A stretch of DNA of 64,000 bases from Somniosus microcephalus (taxonomy: Eukaryota): contig CM126234.1 in the NCBI GenBank assembly GCA_052327205.1, positions 28,520,001-28,584,000 of the forward strand, in the 5' to 3' direction. Below are positions 63,626 to 64,000 of this stretch, one piece after another; position 1 is the first letter of the stretch; each line of letters starts with the position of its first letter. Both the position numbers and the translations under genes were made by a program. The notes under the pieces were generated by a model, which saw only the letters and a list, made by a program, of their open reading frames with translations, was not told where the DNA came from and did no database searches.

Positions 63626-64000
63626 CTGTACGAAAAGAAAAACGATTTTTCTGTTTGAAAAGACGGTAATTTATCGCTGGAAACACAATTCACCTTTTCG
63701 ATTTAGGACTGTGGAAGAGACTTTTAAAAAAAAAATTAACAAGGATGGAAATGACTGGCATTCTCACAGCAATTTGCAACACAAAATCAACAGTATGAAT
63801 TTTCAAAAACTTAAAAGTTCAAATCAAGTTCAGATCCCGAGGACTCTACAGCACGTCAGATAGAGACACAAATACACAGTACAACTGCAATACATTTTCA
63901 AAATTATACAGCAGTTCTTGATATTTAGTCAATGCCATCCCTGCAAAAGCCTGTACTGTACAGTTAATTTCAGATAATCCATGTACCAAACACTTCCCAG

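Overview
Eukaryotic (vertebrate) genomic DNA, very likely a shark or ray, judging by an HE1/V-SINE, Deu-domain SINEs and abundant CR1, L2 and Penelope fragments. The window holds most of one Ikaros-family gene on the minus strand, best identified as IKZF4 (Eos). Six coding exons (63521-63625, 43087-43347, 40895-41062, 19580-19729, 14335-14466, 11672-12396) have GT-AG phase-1 junctions and splice into one open frame of about 512 codons, with 4 DNA-binding and 2 dimerisation C2H2 fingers. The first exon(s) lie beyond the right edge, and an inferred ~9 kb 3'UTR extends towards ~2600. The introns are rich in transposons. The most striking signal is a perfect 237-bp palindrome (118-bp arms, 1-nt centre) fused to a hAT left end and centred exactly on that element's 8-bp target site, which is the geometry expected of a fossilised hAT/RAG-type hairpin intermediate. 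A full-length copy of the same hAT family carries a nested CR1 and is flanked by a 147-bp direct duplication instead of an 8-bp TSD. Further candidates are unannotated cassette or poison exons, Penelope-derived minimal hammerhead motifs, a MITE-internal pre-miRNA-like hairpin and miR-17~92 seed sites. All family names come from recognition by eye, with no database search; repeat boundaries marked approximate are uncertain by tens of bp.
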